IMG/VR virus record: IMGVR_UViG_2872477547_000003
Coordinates: 89,698-153,697 of that record
DNA: 64,000 bases
Strand: one strand, 5' to 3'
Source: a virus
Taxonomy: Duplodnaviria; Caudoviricetes
Shown here: positions 61,936 through 64,000 of the stretch, one piece after another
Position numbering within the stretch: position 1 is the stretch's first letter
Layout of the letters: every line of letters starts with the position of its first letter
Made by a program: the position numbers and the translations under genes
Notes under the pieces: generated by a model
What the model was told of the DNA's origin: nothing
The model's database searches: none
The model's input: only the letters and a program-made list of their open reading frames with translations

Positions 61936-62146
61936 CTCAAAGGGGATGACGTAAGGCAGATTCAAAAAGCGCTGGCTGCGCTTTATTTCTACCTGGATAA
62001 AAGGGGCGAAGAATAACGGTATTGATGGCGTGTATGTCCCGAAAACAGCAAATGCAGTCAAACGTTTCCAGCCAGTAAACAGTCTGACTGCTGACGGCAT
62101 TTATGGTCCGAAAACGAAAGCAAAACTTGAAGCACTATTAAAATAA
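61936..62146 (+). pseudogene. C-terminal peptidoglycan-binding domain of an endolysin, frameshifted
   Basis: KGDDVRQIQKAL...IDGVY.PKTANAVKRFQ...ADGIYGPKTKAKL. Confidence 0.8.
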
Positions 62147-62249
62147 TATAATAATCCTCCCTTGCTAATTGTGACATTACGTATCAAAAATAGCCCTTTA
62201 GTAGCTGACTTTTTTTGTTACAATGATGGAAATAGTAAGGGGGGATAAT

Positions 62250-62429
62250 ATGGCTTTACTTCGCTTTATAAGTTTGTACGGAATAGCCATCATTATATTG
62301 GCGGTCATAGCGAATTTTGCTCCATTTTTGGCGATGCCGTTATACTATATTGCCGTAGCTGCATTAGTCTTTCTGATTGTTTATCTGATATATCATTATA
62401 CCCGAAAAAACAGTGGGAGGAAAAAGTAA
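62250..62429 (+). CDS. small membrane protein
   Basis: Two TM helices and a basic tail. Confidence 0.55.
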   Translation: MALLRFISLYGIAIIILAVIANFAPFLAMPLYYIAVAALVFLIVYLIYHYTRKNSGRKK

Positions 62430-62487
62430 AATTGTAAAGAAATGTATATAAGAGGGCGAGGTGACTGATAAATAGGAGGAGATTATC

Positions 62488-63342
62488 GTGAAAAAGATAT
62501 TGCTTTTTTGCCTGACTTTCTCTTTGGTATTTAGTATCTTCGGTGAAGCAGCGAGCGCAGCACCTAAACAAAAGTCACAGCAAGATATTACTGACATTAG
62601 AAATTACGTTGAAAAAACAGTTCCTTTGTTGAAATCTAGCCTAGAAAATCTACCCAAAAACTCTTTTTTGGAAAAAATCGAAAAAGTAATTTCGAATCAC
62701 TACAAAAACAATCCAGCACCTAAAGCATTTAGCAATCCAGACATATCGCTTTATGATGTTTTCCCAGAAATGAAATCAGAACTAGAAAAATTCAACGGTA
62801 AAGCTTTCAATATGAACAGCTTTATGGCTGAACAAGAAAAAAGCAAATCCTATGGGGATGTGCTTACTTTTGAAACACAAAACAGTACGGTTAAGGTTTA
62901 TCTAGGTGATCTGGGGGATATCCAGATACTTGAGCAAAAAACTTTAACTGACTCTCCAGACTCTGATGCAAGCGTCCAAGGCACTACAAAAACAGAAAGG
63001 ACCACTGGTATTGCTTATGGACTTGGTGGACCGAAGCTCTTCACACTTTGGGCCGAAGGAAGATTTAAATATGACGGCAAAAAAGTTTGGGCTACTTATA
63101 AAGATGGCGACTATCAGCGCCACCCGATGGGGACAGCTTTGGCAATCTCTCCTAGGGTATTAGGACAAGACCGGGACACCAGCCATGGAGGATATGCCTA
63201 TAGAGAGGTTTATTCACGTATATATGTTGAATCCATTGTAGGTTTTAAATGGGCCGGCATCGTTTTAAACTCAGCTCTTGTTGAGGCGTTTATAGGGTCT
63301 ACTGCAAAAGGAAGTGTTTACGGAGGCGTGAAGAAAGTGTAA
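62488..63342 (+). CDS. secreted hypothetical protein
   Basis: Signal peptide ending ASA and AGGAG RBS. Terminator AAAGCCCG/CGGGCTTT at ~63362-63388. Confidence 0.75.
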   Translation: MKKILLFCLTFSLVFSIFGEAASAAPKQKSQQDITDIRNYVEKTVPLLKSSLENLPKNSFLEKIEKVISNHYKNNPAPKAFSNPDISLYDVFPEMKSELEKFNGKAFNMNSFMAEQEKSKSYGDVLTFETQNSTVKVYLGDLGDIQILEQKTLTDSPDSDASVQGTTKTERTTGIAYGLGGPKLFTLWAEGRFKYDGKKVWATYKDGDYQRHPMGTALAISPRVLGQDRDTSHGGYAYREVYSRIYVESIVGFKWAGIVLNSALVEAFIGSTAKGSVYGGVKKV

Positions 63343-63585
63343 AGGTAATAACCTCGCCCGAAAAGCCCGTCTCATAAGGCGGGCTTTAAATAATCCATAA
63401 TTTCTTTTCTTTATCCCAAGAAAGAGCACCTTAACGAATTAAGCTTTTTGTAGTCTCACGTATTTCCTGTTCACTTTATCCGGTCTTTCTTTTTAATTCT
63501 GGCAAAGTCGGGTTCTTTCCATATAAACGCATGTTAACGATATGATCCGATATAACTTACGTTCAAAATCATTCATGTTACAAGC

Positions 63586-63738
63586 CTACTTAATAATTTT
63601 TCTCAATAATTTGTTAGTGGCTTTACCAGCAGCACGGCGAGCAATTCTTTTCCCGAGCGTTCCTTTTATTGCGGCTTGCACATTACCCAAGATGCGTGCT
63701 AAAGTATATAAAAATCCGCGGCTTTGTAAAGACTCAAA
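63586..63738 (-). pseudogene. small basic phage peptide, apparently frameshifted
   Basis: SRGFLYTLARILGNVQAAIKGTLGKRIARRAAGKATNKLLRKIIK is out of frame with the TTG start after AAGGGAG. Confidence 0.45.
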
Positions 63739-64000
63739 ATGGTTACTCCCTTATCAAGTTCATACATTAATTATAACAGAAGAGAAATGCCCATATTGCC
63801 CACGGTTTGCCCACACTTTTTTATAAACCATTGCAAACCAGTTCAAATAGACATATAATGATGCCTTGCAAAAAGCCTGACGTAATAGGATTTAGTTATA
63901 AATGGGTTGTATTCTAAACCCTAGAGGAACAATTGATCTGATGGTCACTAAAGTTAAGATATATTCTAAGTTTATGACCAAAATCAAGACCAAAATTTGA

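Larger units (their letters stand above)
52260..63900. mobile_element. defective cos-type prophage remnant at the glnA 3' end
   Basis: Order: integrase remnant, dnaB fragment, ArpU, HNH, terS, terL stub, lysin stub. CCCAC tandem repeats near both ends. Confidence 0.85.

Noticed and set aside
63542-63826. 94-aa plus-strand ORF
   Set aside because: No RBS, and it is antisense to a more plausible minus-strand peptide remnant.
63830-64000. attR duplication of the glnA 3' end
   Set aside because: No copy of the glnA terminal sequence is visible. Only arm-like short repeats, so the right boundary is approximate.

Overview
Bacillus subtilis-group chromosome with three parts. (1) Positions 1 to ~47,200 are the right-hand part of an SPbeta-family temperate prophage, carrying yoq/yor/yos/yot-like early, replication and nucleotide-metabolism genes. 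It is inserted in spoVK by a large serine recombinase whose reading frame crosses the att junction and stops inside host DNA. Compared with SPbeta it has a different replication module ending in a family B DNA polymerase, an N4/N6 methyltransferase, thyA, and a class Ib RNR operon split by three group I introns (two encode HNH nucleases). (2) Positions ~47,200-52,250 are host core genes: the 3' half of spoVK, hflX, ynbB, glnR and glnA. (3) Positions ~52,250-64,000 are a heavily deleted second prophage at the glnA 3' end. It has broken integrase, dnaB, terL and lysin genes, and intact ArpU, FRG, HicAB, HNH and terS genes plus morons. The most striking unexplained signal is in the SPbeta-like prophage: at least 19 perfect and 4 degenerate intergenic copies of an imperfect 11-6-11 palindrome (core TAAAA-N6-TTTTA). 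These copies bracket single genes or small gene blocks, like recombination sites of an integron- or pdif-like cassette system. SPbeta gene names and reference protein sizes are assigned from recalled gene order, size and motifs, not from database searches.
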